IMG/VR virus record: IMGVR_UViG_3300045125_000034 | Location: 32,001-96,000 of that record | Length of the DNA: 64,000 bases | Source of the DNA: a virus | Direction: 5' to 3' (one strand) | Shown: positions 9,546 through 20,282 of the stretch, piece after piece | Layout: every line of letters begins with the position of its first letter | How positions within the stretch are numbered: the first letter of the stretch is position 1 | Translations under genes and position numbers: made by a program | The notes under the pieces: model-generated | What the model saw: the letters and a program-made list of their open reading frames with translations, nothing else | Database searches by the model: none | Told to the model about the DNA's origin: nothing

Positions 9546-9573
9546 TTGACAATACTTGGTTAGATGCTATACT
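9546..9573 (+). promoter_or_regulatory. sigma70-type promoter for the tRNA-Leu pair
   Basis: TTGACA-N16-TATACT with TGn. Confidence 0.75.
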
Positions 9574-9581
9574 ACCTGTAT

Positions 9582-9655
9582 GGGATCGTAGACCAACGGC
9601 AGAGTCAACGGATTTAAAAATCCGTAAAGTATGGGTTCGAATCCCATCGGTCCTA
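9582..9655 (+). tRNA. tRNA-Leu(TAA), short variable loop
   Basis: GGGATCG/CGGTCCT, A73, ACGGA-TT TAA AA(A)-TCCGT; the extra A is probably a homopolymer error. Confidence 0.8.
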
Positions 9656-9659
9656 TAAT

Positions 9660-9744
9660 GCGGAGTGAAGCTGGAATTGGCATACACGGCGGATTCAAAA
9701 TCCGCTGCCCTCTAAAGGCGTGTGGGTTCGAATCCACCTCCGCA
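9660..9744 (+). tRNA. tRNA-Leu(CAA)
   Basis: GCGGA-TT CAA AA-TCCGC, long variable arm; some read errors in the stems. Confidence 0.88.
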
Positions 9745-9953
9745 CTTCGTTCAGATTCCGTTAAGCCAACATATCTACTGTCATGGAAACCATAACACAC
9801 ATCTCTCTTGGTCTGTCCGCACTTTCTTTCATCTCCGCATTTCAGATTAAACTGTACAGGTGGGCATACGCTCGCGGTCACGCGCACGGACACCACACAG
9901 GATTTACTCACGGTCTGTGGAAGGCTCACGAAAGAAATAACCACAAAAAGACC

Positions 9954-9982
9954 TTGACGCAGGTCTGAGCCTGTGATACAAT
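9954..9982 (+). promoter_or_regulatory. sigma70-type promoter
   Basis: TTGACG-N17-TACAAT with TGn, upstream of ATG 9990. Confidence 0.7.
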
Positions 9983-9989
9983 CTTCGTA

Positions 9990-10313
9990 ATGGCAACCCC
10001 AATATACATCATTGGCAAAGATGAAACCTTCACCACCATCCATCAGAAGTGGGCAGACAAGTTCATCTCTATGGTCAAGAGCAACAAGACCTTGGTGTGT
10101 AAGGTTTGCAAGCACGAAGTCCCCGCCAAGGGGGATGAAGGAAAAGATGAAGATTTCGTCTGCTTCCCCTGCTTCCGCGATGAACATAATGGTGAGCCTT
10201 CAAAGAACAAAGAGTACTTTGATAGCCTGAACAAGCAGGACGCAGTAGAGAAGGTTCGTGAGGCGAAGCGAAAGCCTAGAAAGAAGAAGGTACAGAATGA
10301 CGCTACCGTATGA
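9990..10313 (+). CDS. Zinc-finger hypothetical protein
   Basis: CKVC...CFPC motif pair in an intact ORF. Confidence 0.6.
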   Translation: MATPIYIIGKDETFTTIHQKWADKFISMVKSNKTLVCKVCKHEVPAKGDEGKDEDFVCFPCFRDEHNGEPSKNKEYFDSLNKQDAVEKVREAKRKPRKKKVQNDATV

Positions 10314-10697
10314 ATCCTACAACTCTCTAGTCAACACCCGAGAGTTCCTGAAGGAAGTGATGAACAACTCCAAGATGTCCAAGGCAGAGATGCGTAAGAG
10401 GGCTAGAGATAGCTACTAAAGCATTTCCCTGCGGAGTTTGATTTCAAGAGGTGGATCATGGATCACGAAAAAGATCACCGCCGAATGGGTCAAGCCTGAA
10501 GCAGAGCAGCGTGGTTATATCTGTATTGGTCGCCATGATCCTGTAGAGTACAGCCCCGAAAATAAGGGATGGATCTTTTTGGGATGAAACATGGACACGC
10601 CCATCAAAGGGGTTCCTCTCCGAAGAGGAGTGCCAGAAGGCTCTCTCACAGTATGTAGAAGACCTTGGAAGCGGAAGAGACCTCTAAATAAGATCGC

Positions 10698-10779
10698 GTC
10701 GGTGTGGTGAAATTGGCATACACGAAAGATTTAGGTTCTTTTGCCGCGAGGCGTGTGGGTTCGACTCCCTCCACCGACA
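10698..10779 (+). tRNA. tRNA-Leu(TAG)
   Basis: GTCGGTG/CACCGAC, AAAGA-TT TAG GT-TCTTT, long variable arm. Confidence 0.93.
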
Positions 10780-10784
10780 TTCAC

Positions 10785-10858
10785 AGTCCCATAACTCAAC
10801 GGCTAAGAGTGCTTCCTTTACACGGAAGAAGTTGTAGGTTCGAATCCTATGGGGACTA
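10785..10858 (+). tRNA. tRNA-Val(TAC)
   Basis: CTTCC-TT TAC AC-GGAAG, D stem ACTC/GAGT, GTAGG-TTCGAAT. Confidence 0.92.
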
Positions 10859-10860
10859 CT

Positions 10861-10934
10861 GCCACCTTAGCAGAGCGGTAATGCGTCGCTTTTGTAAAGC
10901 GAAGATCATGGGTTCCGATTCCCCATAGGTGGCT
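10861..10934 (+). tRNA. tRNA-Thr(TGT)
   Basis: GCCACCT/AGGTGGC, TCGCT-TT TGT AA-AGCGA. Confidence 0.9.
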
Positions 10935-10937
10935 TCT

Positions 10938-11133
10938 ATGCTTGAGTTTCACAATCCCATACCCGGTTGTCGTAGAAGGCGTTAAGGAAGGATACGCCAT
11001 CTATGTACGAGACTCAGGAACCTTCGAAAACGACATTTGGTGTGTGGTGCATTGTGATACGGGGGTGGTTCGCCACTACCGATCCGATCAAATCCGCATC
11101 CATTTCAACGCAACTTTCAACATCACGAAGTAG
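10938..11133 (+). CDS. Small conserved phage hypothetical protein
   Basis: EGYAIYVRDSGTFENDIWCVV..GVVRHYRSDQIRI..NATF. Confidence 0.6.
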
Positions 11134-11140
11134 CCATTTT

Positions 11141-11148
11141 TATAAATA
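11141..11148 (+). promoter_or_regulatory. T4-type late promoter (gp55-dependent)
   Basis: Exact TATAAATA. Related (C/A)TAAATA boxes precede genes at 4264, 6232, 10685, 34138, 35060, 39591, 40188, 44646, 45846, 47689, 52320, 60225, and on the minus strand at 63668-63674. Confidence 0.75.
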
Positions 11149-11217
11149 CTGGTGTTCTTGGAAGGACAGATTTCTAGGAAGCATGGCCCTTCTAAAAAGG
11201 ACAGAACGGAGCCGCGA

Positions 11218-12070
11218 ATGCTAAGACCGAGGAGTTTGGTCATGGCGGGCGTTCTAACGCTCGCAGTCGTGCCACAGCGGGGCAAGTGTCCTGCCAATCA
11301 TCAGCAAATTGCGATTGCAATGGCTACAGCCAACAGGTGGTAGAGAAGGTCGTTGGGTCCAACGCAGTAGTTCACTACGACGGAAAGCCTCTTGGTTCTG
11401 GTATTGCATATCGCAAGAATGGAAAGTTGTATGTGCTATCAGCAGCACATGTGATAGAAGACGAAGATGCAGTCAAGAGCAGATATTGGTTTTGCCACAA
11501 AACTTCGTGGAGATTAAACGATACCCATCACTAATTTGTCCTGAAGATGAGCCAAGTCAGGACAAAACATGGGAACCAAGAAGATAGAGGTAACTTTGTT
11601 CTGTAGGAGAGATGGAATCTCCAATTACCAAAGAGACATGCAAGATGGTTTTAACTTGACCCCGAGTATGACTTGTGCATCTTGGAAGTTGAACAATCCA
11701 AACCATTAACTCCACTTGTTAGAGGATATGTGTTTTGACTACACCACTCCACGCTTGGGTGTGCCTGTATACATCATGGGCAATCCTTCAGCGGACTACA
11801 TGGGACTATCACCCGAGGTATCATCGGCAACAATCATAGGAGCCGTGGATCATTGTCTGAACATCTGCCTTTCTTCTACCAAACAGATGCGGACGCTGCT
11901 CCAGCTCTTCAGGCGGCGGTCTCTATCGTGCGGACACGGAGGCGCGTGTGTAGGCGTAGTTGTTATGTTGAACTGTTTAAATCGGCAGGTGTACAGCGTA
12001 CCTGTTAATGTTCCTACAAGAGACATTACTCAGGCACAATCAGATAGAATTGTTGCCTCCGAGTGCTTGA
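11218..12070 (+). CDS. Trypsin-like serine protease with a hydrophobic N-terminus (frameshifted)
   Basis: GSG..YVLSAAHV (catalytic His), EYDLCILEV (Asp), VYIMGNPS, QTDADAAP(G)SSGGG (Ser). Confidence 0.75.
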
Positions 12071-12094
12071 CTTACATTTACTGTGTGATATAAT
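12067..12094 (+). promoter_or_regulatory. sigma70-type promoter of the replication operon
   Basis: TTGACT-N16-TATAAT with TGn, followed by RBS GGAGG. Confidence 0.75.
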
Positions 12095-12123
12095 CTCTCC
12101 AACACCTTTGGAGGAGGTATACT

Positions 12124-12828
12124 ATGAACATCTCCGCAAGACACAATCGCTTTGCTCAAGAATTACGCTGCGATCAACAGCAATATCGTGATTCGTTCGG
12201 GCAACATAATTAGGACCATCAGTCCAACCAAGAACATCTTCTGCGAGGCTACTGTCTCCGAAGAGTTCCCGATTGACTTTGGTATCTACGATCTGAGCAA
12301 GTTCCTTGCTACGATCAGCATGTTCAAGGATCCAACCTTTGACTTTGAGGATACCCATGTGGTCATCTCTTCAAAAGGCAGCAAGTCCAAGGTCAAAGTA
12401 TTACTACTCTGATCCTGAGCAGTTGGTGAAGAGTGACAAGAAGTTGAAGGATGCCTCCTTCTGTGGTCAACTTCCGTTTGGATGTTAAGGATCTCGTTGA
12501 GATGCAGAAGGCTTCTGCTGTTCTTGGTTGCCCCGATATAGAACTGTGTCGTAAGGGCGACCGTCTTGAACTGCGAGTACTTGACCGCAAAGACCCAACA
12601 AGCCACACCTATGCAATGGTTGTTGGCGATACCGACACAGACGCAGACTTCAAGTTCCTGTTCAAGGTTGATGCTCTTCGCATGATCCCCGGCAACTACA
12701 ATGTCGTGGTGAGTGACAAGAATGTTGCGGAGTTCCGTAGCGAGGACGGCAACACGGTGTATTGGATTTCGCTTGAGAGCGACAGCACCTACAAGGCAGG
12801 AAAGAAGTCTCATGCTACCGTTGGTTGA
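12124..12828 (+). CDS. gp45: T4-like sliding clamp
   Basis: LLKNYAAINSNIVIRSGN.IRTIS..KNI..EATVSEEFP.DFGIYDL..FL; C-terminal YWISLE. Confidence 0.93.
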
Positions 12829-13749
12829 AAAGTACTCGACCTTCCAAGGTCGCAGACTGCATCCTACCCGCAAGCATCAAGAAGACCTTTGAGGATATCG
12901 TCCGACACGGGCGAAGTACCCAACATGATTCTTGCGTGGAGGTGCAGGCTGTGGTAAGACTACGGTCGCTGTTGCGATGTGCAAGGAGTTGGGTTTAGAC
13001 TACCTGTTCATCAATGCAAGCGAGGACAACGGTATTGATGTTCTTCGCACACGCATTCGCAGTTTCGCGTCCACGGTCTCTTTGAGTGGCGGCAAGAAGG
13101 TGGTCATCCTTGACGAGGCAGACTACCTAAACCCGCAGTCAACGCAGCCTGCTCTTCGTGGTGCTATTGAAGAGTTCGATAAACAACTGTCGGTTCATCC
13201 TGACCTGCAACTTCAAGACTCAGTATCATTGAGCCTCTGCACTCCGCTGCACCGTGATTGACTTCAAGATTCCTGCAAAGGAGAAGCCGTCACTCGCAGG
13301 TCAGTTTTTGGACAGAGCCAAGATGATTATGGACTCCGAGGGAGTACAGTACGAGGAGAAGGCAGTAGCCGAACTAATCATTCGCTACTACCCCGACTTC
13401 CGTAAGACCCTGAACACCATTCAGCGTCATGCTCTGTCAGGTTCCATCAACGCTTCTGTTCTGTCTAACGGTAGGGACATTGAGATAGATGCCCTCATCA
13501 AGGCAATGAAGTCCAAGTCGTTCCCGAGATTCGTAAGTGGGTTGTGGATAACTCGATAGAGAACCCGCTTCCTATTTAGGAAAATCTATGAGGGGATACA
13601 GGACAAGGTTGAAATGGGGTCAATCCCACAGGCTGTTCTCATCCTTGGGGAGTACCAATACAAGTCTGAGCTTCGTTGCAGATCAGGAACTAAACCTCGT
13701 CGCATGCTGTTTGATGCTCGCTTCGGACTGCACCTTCGCTAAACAATAG
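12812..13749 (+). CDS. gp44: Clamp loader large subunit (AAA+)
   Basis: VEKY(R)P, G.AGCGKTT, ILDEADYLNPQSTQPALRG, YYPDFRK, FVADQELN. Confidence 0.93.
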
Positions 13750-13753
13750 TGCC

Positions 13754-14378
13754 ATGAATCACAAGATCAAAAGTCTGAACGATCTTACAATCGCGTTGCA
13801 TGAGATCAACAAGAAGTTCCGCATCACCGAGTTTGTGGACGAGTACCGCAAGGCTATTGGAGACTCTAGCACAGACATCCTGTCTCAACTAAAGCAGGAC
13901 GGTCTGTCTAATCCATTCCAAAAGATCGTCAATCTATCTTCTAAGGTGAACGAGGAAGAACTAGAGAAGTTGATGAATGTGGGCGACAAGTTGACCACCA
14001 AGTACAACTATACTGACTACTTGGATGAATGCCAAAGCCTACGCGACACCTTCCTGAAGGATCGTCGCAACTACTTCGCGTCAAAGGTTACTCGTCAGCC
14101 AACAGCAAAGAAGGATGAGATCACAAGCATCTTTGACTTGAGCGGAACTACGGATATGATCCTAGCCGACTTCATAGACAAGGCTTTGGCGATCATACAC
14201 CCGAGCCACTTGGACACGTGTATGAGGACTTGAATGGCAATCGCATCAAGACCAAGATTCGCCACAAGCCCGCATCAATCACACACGACCATGTTGAAGC
14301 CCCGCTGATTGACCGTTATCATGGCATCAATGCATACGATACCTTCTTGCTCAGGTCTTTCTACGACATCAAGAAGTG
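13754..14378 (+). CDS. Hypothetical protein
   Basis: 159-aa ORF plus a frameshifted continuation between gp44 and gp62. Confidence 0.5.
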
Positions 14379-14457
14379 AGTGGGTTTACATTCCCATTCG
14401 TTTGATCGTATCCTTGACTTCCGAAGAGGATATCACAATATCCTTGACCTACAGATT

Positions 14458-14843
14458 ATGAATCCATTTGATCTTCGTAAACAGATAAACGACAAGACAG
14501 GCAACATCATAGACCGCGACTCTGACAAGGAAAAGCAGTACATTCCTTTCATAATTAATCGTGCGTTCTCACAGTTTCCTGATACGGTCATGGCAGCGAA
14601 CAGCATGAACCTCTTTCCTCACTTGGACAAGCGGTTTGCAGTACGACTTCCCACACAGGTATCAAGAAGCTAAGCGGTTCTCTCGTTGGCCCAAGGCAGA
14701 GTGGGACGAGGAGACAATAGGCATGATTGCCGAGTACTACAATGTGAGTAAGTACAGGGCAAGAGATACATGGCTCTGATGACTGAGGAAGATATTGAGT
14801 ATTTGAAGAGAAAACATGGAAAGGAGGAATCAAGGGTAAGTAA
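14458..14843 (+). CDS. gp62: Clamp loader small subunit
   Basis: MNPFD..QIN..KQYIPFIINRAFSQFPDTVMAANSMN..HLDK..QYDF; syntenic position before regA. Confidence 0.88.
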
Positions 14844-14882
14844 ATGCTAACACCCCTTGGACACACATCAAGGAGTATTGTC

Positions 14883-15324
14883 ATGTCGCTAGTGGAATCC
14901 TTCGTGGAGGTTGACCTCCCAAATCCAGAGAATTTCTTGAAAGTCAAGGAAACTCTCACCCCGTATCGGGGTATCATAAGACAGAAACACAAACTACGGC
15001 AGTCCTGCCACATTCTCCACAAGAGAGGCAAGTACTACATCGTTCACTTCAAGGAACTCTTCATGTTGGACGGGTTACCTGCAAACTTCCCCAGATTCGG
15101 ACAAGGCTCTGCCGTAATACCATCTGCAATCAGTTGCAGGAGTGGGGTCTAATCAAGATCACCGATCCAAGTAAGACCAAGGAGCCTGTAGTCCCCGTAT
15201 CGTACTCCTCAAGATTCTCCCATTCGGTCAGAAGAAAGAATGGGAACTGATTCCCAAGTACAACATCGGCAGGAAGAGATCAATGGATCACGGAGAGACC
15301 TACGACCCCGACAGCGACGAGTGA
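14883..15324 (+). CDS. regA: Translational repressor RegA
   Basis: NFLKVKETLT.IG..QSCHILHKRGKYYIVHFKELFMLDG..KKEWELIPKYNIG. Confidence 0.95.
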
Positions 15325-15349
15325 CTAACCCTTTTTTGAAATTTACATT

Positions 15350-15886
15350 ATGGAAACACTAAAGTTAAAATACAACAAACTTTGGATAGATGTCCCCGAT
15401 CTAGCTCTCTTCGCAACCGAACAGTCTGCCTGCTTTGATGTCAAGGCGTACTTCGGTTCCAAGACCCGTATGGTGGATGCCTACGACCGCAATAACGGTC
15501 ACCACAGGCTCATGGCGGGCTTTGAGCGTCCTGATGCCCTCCGTTCCTTATAGTGCCTCCTAATGGCATTAGAGTCCTTATACCGACAGGGATAGTCCTA
15601 GACATCCCCGAGGGCTATTCCGTTCGCCTACACGCCCGTAGCGGGTTGGCGATCAAGGTGGACTAATTTTAGCAAACTCCGAGGGGGTCATAGACTCTGA
15701 CTACACCGACCAACTCATGGTGGCTGTGGTTAACATATCGGACATGCCTCACCCAGTATTACACACGGAGACCGTATCTGCCAAGGCGAGATGGTCCCCG
15801 TTCTCAAGTACTCTCTGAAACCACCGACGAGAGAATTCTCCCCAAGACTAGCCGAAAGGGTGGGTTCGGCCTCTACTGGAGTTTAA
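15350..15886 (+). CDS. dut: Trimeric dUTPase (frameshifted)
   Basis: ATEQSACFD, LIPTG, ARSGLA, NSEGVIDSDY, GDRICQG, C-terminal RKGGFG(S)TG. Confidence 0.92.
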
Positions 15887-15888
15887 AA

Positions 15889-16200
15889 ATGACACGCGAT
15901 GAACTGCTCAAGATTCGTGAAGACCTGACTACCAAGGCTCGCAACCTGATGAAGAAGAAGAACGCCGACTTCACGCAGGTAACGACGGGTTGGAACCGAT
16001 TGCAAATTTCACTAGAGTTGAAGGGCTAGGGCATCTGCACCACCGAACAGGGCTTCCTAGTCCGTATGACCGATAAAATGAGCCGCCTTTCGTCATTTGT
16101 TGAGTCCGGTAAGTTGGCAGTAGAGAGATGAATCTTTTGAAGATACCCTTGTAGATGTTGTAAACTATGCCGTTTTGATGTATGCTTACATACATGGCAA
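15889..16200 (+). CDS. DUF1599 / nucleotide-modification-associated domain 1-like protein (frameshifted, end approximate)
   Basis: LMKKKNAD..ANFTRVE..GFLVRMTDKMSRL..ESFEDTLVDVVNYA. Confidence 0.65.
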
Positions 16201-16688
16201 GAACACCAAGTCTACTCCTGTGTCTGTTCATAGCGAACCTTCTCACCCTTTCGTTCCCAAGTCAAGTTGCTGCAAGCACCAAGAACGGCAACGGACGGTT
16301 TGAGGAGTTCATTATCAATCCGTGGTCTGACACCACAGCAAACCCGTCAACTGTTGAACGCTCTGCTACAAGCTGAGAGCGGTGGCAAAGACAACGCTGT
16401 TGGTGACAACGGCAAGGCGATTGGTCCATATCAGACTTGGGAAGTGTATTGGAGAGATGCTGTTGAGTACGACCCGTCAATCGGTGGCAATACTCGGACT
16501 GCACTAACCGTGCATACGCAGAACGGATTGTGGTAATATACCGCAATCGCTATGCTTCCAAGGGTGCGACCTACGAGACTCTTGCTCGCATTCACAACGG
16601 CGGTCCATCAGGTTACAAGAAGAGTGCTACTATCAAGTATTGGAACAAGGTGAAGAATGAACTTAGAAGATCATCTATCAGGAAGTGA
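16194..16688 (+). CDS. i-type (destabilase-like) lysozyme with a signal peptide (frameshifted)
   Basis: ALLQAESGG, GPYQ.WEVYWRDA, C..RAYAE, LARIHNGGPSG..KSATIKYWNKV. Confidence 0.8.
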
Positions 16689-17081
16689 TGGGTATACCCC
16701 AGAACAACAAGAGGTTCCTTCTAGATTTGCAACATGTGCTTGCTAGTAAAACCAATCACGGAGTTTCACAAGGATAGGGGCAGAAGAGACAAGTTCAAGA
16801 GGCATCCAGCATGCAATTTGTGCTTGAAAAAGCATCAGAAGGTGGTAGCAAAAATTAGGAAAAACGCACCTCCAAAACCAACCGTATGCGAATGCTGTGG
16901 CAGAAATCCCGACACGGATACCACTATCAGAGGTTGGGCTATGGATCATGACCACATCACAGAAGAATTCCGTGGTTGGATATGCCAAACCTGCAACATT
17001 GGCTTGGGGCATTTCAAAGACTCTGTTGAAGGTCTTGAGAGAGCAATAGATTACTTACAAAGAACAAGTAAACGGAAATGA
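16657..17081 (+). CDS. Endonuclease VII-like His-Me finger nuclease
   Basis: CECCGR..MDHDHITEEFRGWICQTCNIGLGHFKDS..LERAIDYL. Confidence 0.85.
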
Positions 17082-18411
17082 TAAGCATGGAAGACAGCAG
17101 ATACCAAATCATTGAAGGCGACTGCATCACAGGGAATGAAGACGCTACCCGATGGGTGCGTCCATACCATAGGTAACATCCCCACCGTACTATGGTCTTC
17201 GTGACTATGACGGCGGTGAGGCAGAGATCGGAGGCGAAGAGACCCCGATGACTATGTGAAGAAGATGGTTGAGGTGTTCAGGGAAGCCAAGCGTATTCTC
17301 CGAGATGATGGTACGCTGTGGCTGAACCTTGGTGACACCTACGCTACTACAAGCGGCGGAATGGAGCAGTTGCGTAAGTTGGGAGGTCAGACTCAAACTA
17401 CGGAGCGGTGAAGTACTCCGAGGGGTACAAGGGTGTGTCACAGAAAGGTAAGGATGGAGCCAAGAAGAGCGGTCTCAAGCACAAGGACTTGATCGGTATT
17501 CCTTGGAGAGTCGCACTTGCTCTACAGGCTGACGGTTGGTATCTCCGTCAGGACATCATTTGGAACAAGCCAAATCCCATGCCCGAGAGCGTGACCGACC
17601 GTTGCACCAAGTCTCACGAATACATCTTCCTGCTGACCAAGCACCCGAAGTACTACTACGATCACGAAGCAATCAAGGAGCCTGCGACCACATCTCCTAT
17701 GTCAAGAGACAAGCAGGGAGAGGGCTATCAGGCAGACTATCCTCACGGTGATCGTTTCTCTCCCGGGCGAAAGAGTGTGGGGAGCGGACGGCAAGCGTAA
17801 CAAGAGGTCTGTGTGGACTGTGACTACCAAGGCGTACAAGGGAGCGCACTTTGCTACCTACCCCAAGGACTTGATTGAGCCTTGCGTCCTCGCTGGGTAC
17901 GAGCGAGCATGGGTGCTGCTCCAAGTGTGGTGCCCATACAAGCGTACAGTAGAAAAGCCTACGCAAAACTTGGAGCCTGTTGATCCTATTGAGCGTAAGG
18001 AGAGTAGCGCTTACCCCTGAAGATAGTGCTATAGTTCTGTGGTTAGAACAGAATGGTGGCGACTACCGAATCTCCGTTGACGGCGACAAGCACACGGAAC
18101 AATGGAACGACATTCCTATCAGTAATGGCAGAAGAAGTGAGTTCAAGAAGAAAGGCTACACCATTCTCACACATGGGGAGAGGGGAACCAATAGCAACAG
18201 GGTGGGTTCAGACCTGTGAGTGTTCCGATTCCACCACCGTTCCCTTCGCACAGTTCATTCGACCCGTTCACAGGCAGCGGCACGACTGCGGTCGTTTGCT
18301 ATGAACCACTTGGACGCAAGTACATCGGTACAGAGTCGAACCCCGAGTACTATCAAGTTGGCTGAGGGCAGGATAGCCGAAGAAGCACCCCTAACTCTAT
18401 TGGATTCCTAA
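17078..18411 (+). CDS. DNA N4-cytosine/N6-adenine methyltransferase (beta class; frameshifted)
   Basis: TSPPYYGLRDY, GTLWLNLGD, RQDIIWNKPNPMPES, HFATYP, DPFTGSGTT. Confidence 0.9.
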
Positions 18412-18413
18412 CG

Positions 18414-18689
18414 ATGAACAAGTTGAGACCGATTGGAAAGTGGATTGAAGCTCTAGACTGTTGGTGGTGGCGAGAAGACCACAGAGAGTGGTATCATCTA
18501 CACCGAGAAGATCTCGCTCTCAGATGGTGTGGAGCACGGTCATGTCTATCGTGGCGAAGCAAGTTGACCGAGGACATCTAAGGTTGGAGAGACAAGGTTC
18601 TGTGGGACACCTCCAAGATCAGGGGCGGTGGCCACGGCAATAACAATGTGATCCATCAGGATTGGATCTCTATGGTGGAGAGAAAGTGA
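18414..18689 (+). CDS. GroES-like co-chaperonin (copy 1)
   Basis: MNKLRPIGKWI..GGGEKTTESGIIY..DIKVGDKVLW. Confidence 0.75.
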
Positions 18690-19513
18690 TGGACAAGACA
18701 GTATTCATTCCTATTCCGACACGCAATCATAACAACTATCTAAAGCACTATCTTCGGTGCATAGATGAGTTGGGACTATCCCAAGGATAAGATAGTCACT
18801 TCCACATCAAACAACAAACAACAACGATGATGACACTGCTAGCTACTCTTAACTTCATGGATGAACAAAAATCACCGAAGTTACAAGAAGGTAATGTTTG
18901 AGCACGGCGACTTCTCTGTTCTTCAGAAAGACATGGGGTGGCAGGACAAGGATGGAATTAGACTTCGCATCATGTCTATCATTAGGCTTAGAGAAGTTTG
19001 GATTTGTGCAAGCAAGAGTGGTGCGAGCTATTTCTTCCCTATGGATACGGATAATTGGGTTGCTCCATTCACATTGAAGTACCTAATTGATGATGATTGC
19101 CTTAGTAGCACCATTCATGAAGGACTTTATGGCAGAAAGAGAAATCTGGCGCTCCAGTTACTTCTACAAGGTAAACGAGTGGGGATTTATGGCAGTAAAG
19201 ACCCCAACCACGAATCATTCAACATATGCGGCACAGACAAAGGCCCGGTGTGGAACCATAAAGGTAGATGCTGTGGTTCATTGCACATATCTTCTTGGTT
19301 GCAGTTACATGTACAAAGGTCAAGTACTATGACGGCAGCAATCAATGGGAATTGCACCTTGCTAATTAGTGCTAGAACAAACGGAGTAAATCGTCGCAGT
19401 ACATCTGTAACGAAGGATGTTTGGGTTTGTTAGGTATGCGAAACAATAGTGGATCGTGATGACTGTTATGACCTTATGTCATCTAAATGCCTCAAAGATA
19501 ACAAAAGAGTGAC
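18689..19513 (+). CDS. GT-A glycosyltransferase resembling the N-terminal domain of procollagen galactosyltransferase (frameshifted)
   Basis: YLRCIDELDYPKDKI..TNNNDDDTL..YFFPMDTDNW..LVAPFM..VHCTYLL. Confidence 0.65.
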
Positions 19514-19521
19514 GGACAAAG

Positions 19522-20260
19522 ATGTTGTGTTTTTCGGGGCAACACAGCAAGAATAACACAAATCCAATCTATGCTAAACGAAAAATAGCCTGTGAAGAAA
19601 CATGGCTAAAGGATATTGATACAAGCAAGTACTGTTGTAACCACCATAAACGACCCATCACACTATGAGTTTCAACAGAATCCAGAAAAGAAATACCACT
19701 TTTCCGATGAGGAAGAGTCTTGTTACATAAACGCACCAGATAGTTGGCATTCTTGCTATGACAGAACTAAGATTTTCTAGAGTGGGTATGAATGAAACAA
19801 CATCTCAGTATTTTGGAAAGTTGATGATGATACTTTTATCAATGCGAATAGATTCAATACCTACGAAGATTACAAGAACAAAGACTCTATTGGACTACAG
19901 TATTTCTATAACAATCATTCTAAACTAAATGTGCCGGGTTACTTTATGCATGGAGCGGAGTGTTGTGTATCTCGTAGAATTTTAGGGAATGTGTTGGATA
20001 AATGCCTCTACCAATCAAAGATGACTATGTAAACCACGAAGATTATGACTTGGGGTACGTAATCAGTAATCTCATACCCGATGCTGTGGTCCATTCTCGA
20101 TTCTGATATACATCCAACAATAAATGAAACCTCTCCAGAAACTTTGAATTCGGGCAAGAAGATAGACAATCTATTACTTGCTGCCCCGTTCCTCCTGATA
20201 AGATGGTACTTCTTCACAAGATGTATTCGAATAGTGGCAGGAAAGACATGGAAACAATGC
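19522..20260 (+). CDS. GT31/Fringe-like glycosyltransferase (heavily frameshifted)
   Basis: ACEETWLKD, KVDDDTFIN (about 19815-19845), FMHGAG, HEDYDLG. Confidence 0.6.
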
Positions 20261-20282
20261 ACAACTACTACAAGGACGGCAA

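Noticed and set aside
9582-9655. Ochre suppressor or quadruplet-decoding tRNA
   Set aside because: The 8-nt loop is most simply an extra A in a homopolymer; the register gives TAA (Leu), with an A73 discriminator.
9567-10187. Long minus-strand ORFs over tRNAs and core genes (also 9118-9687, 12286-12873, 46138-46614)
   Set aside because: They are antisense shadows of plus-strand tRNAs or genes with no recognisable motifs.
17890-18240. Intein or intron in the methyltransferase
   Set aside because: No intein termini (C/S start, HN end) or intron cores; it looks like a Cys-flanked insertion domain.
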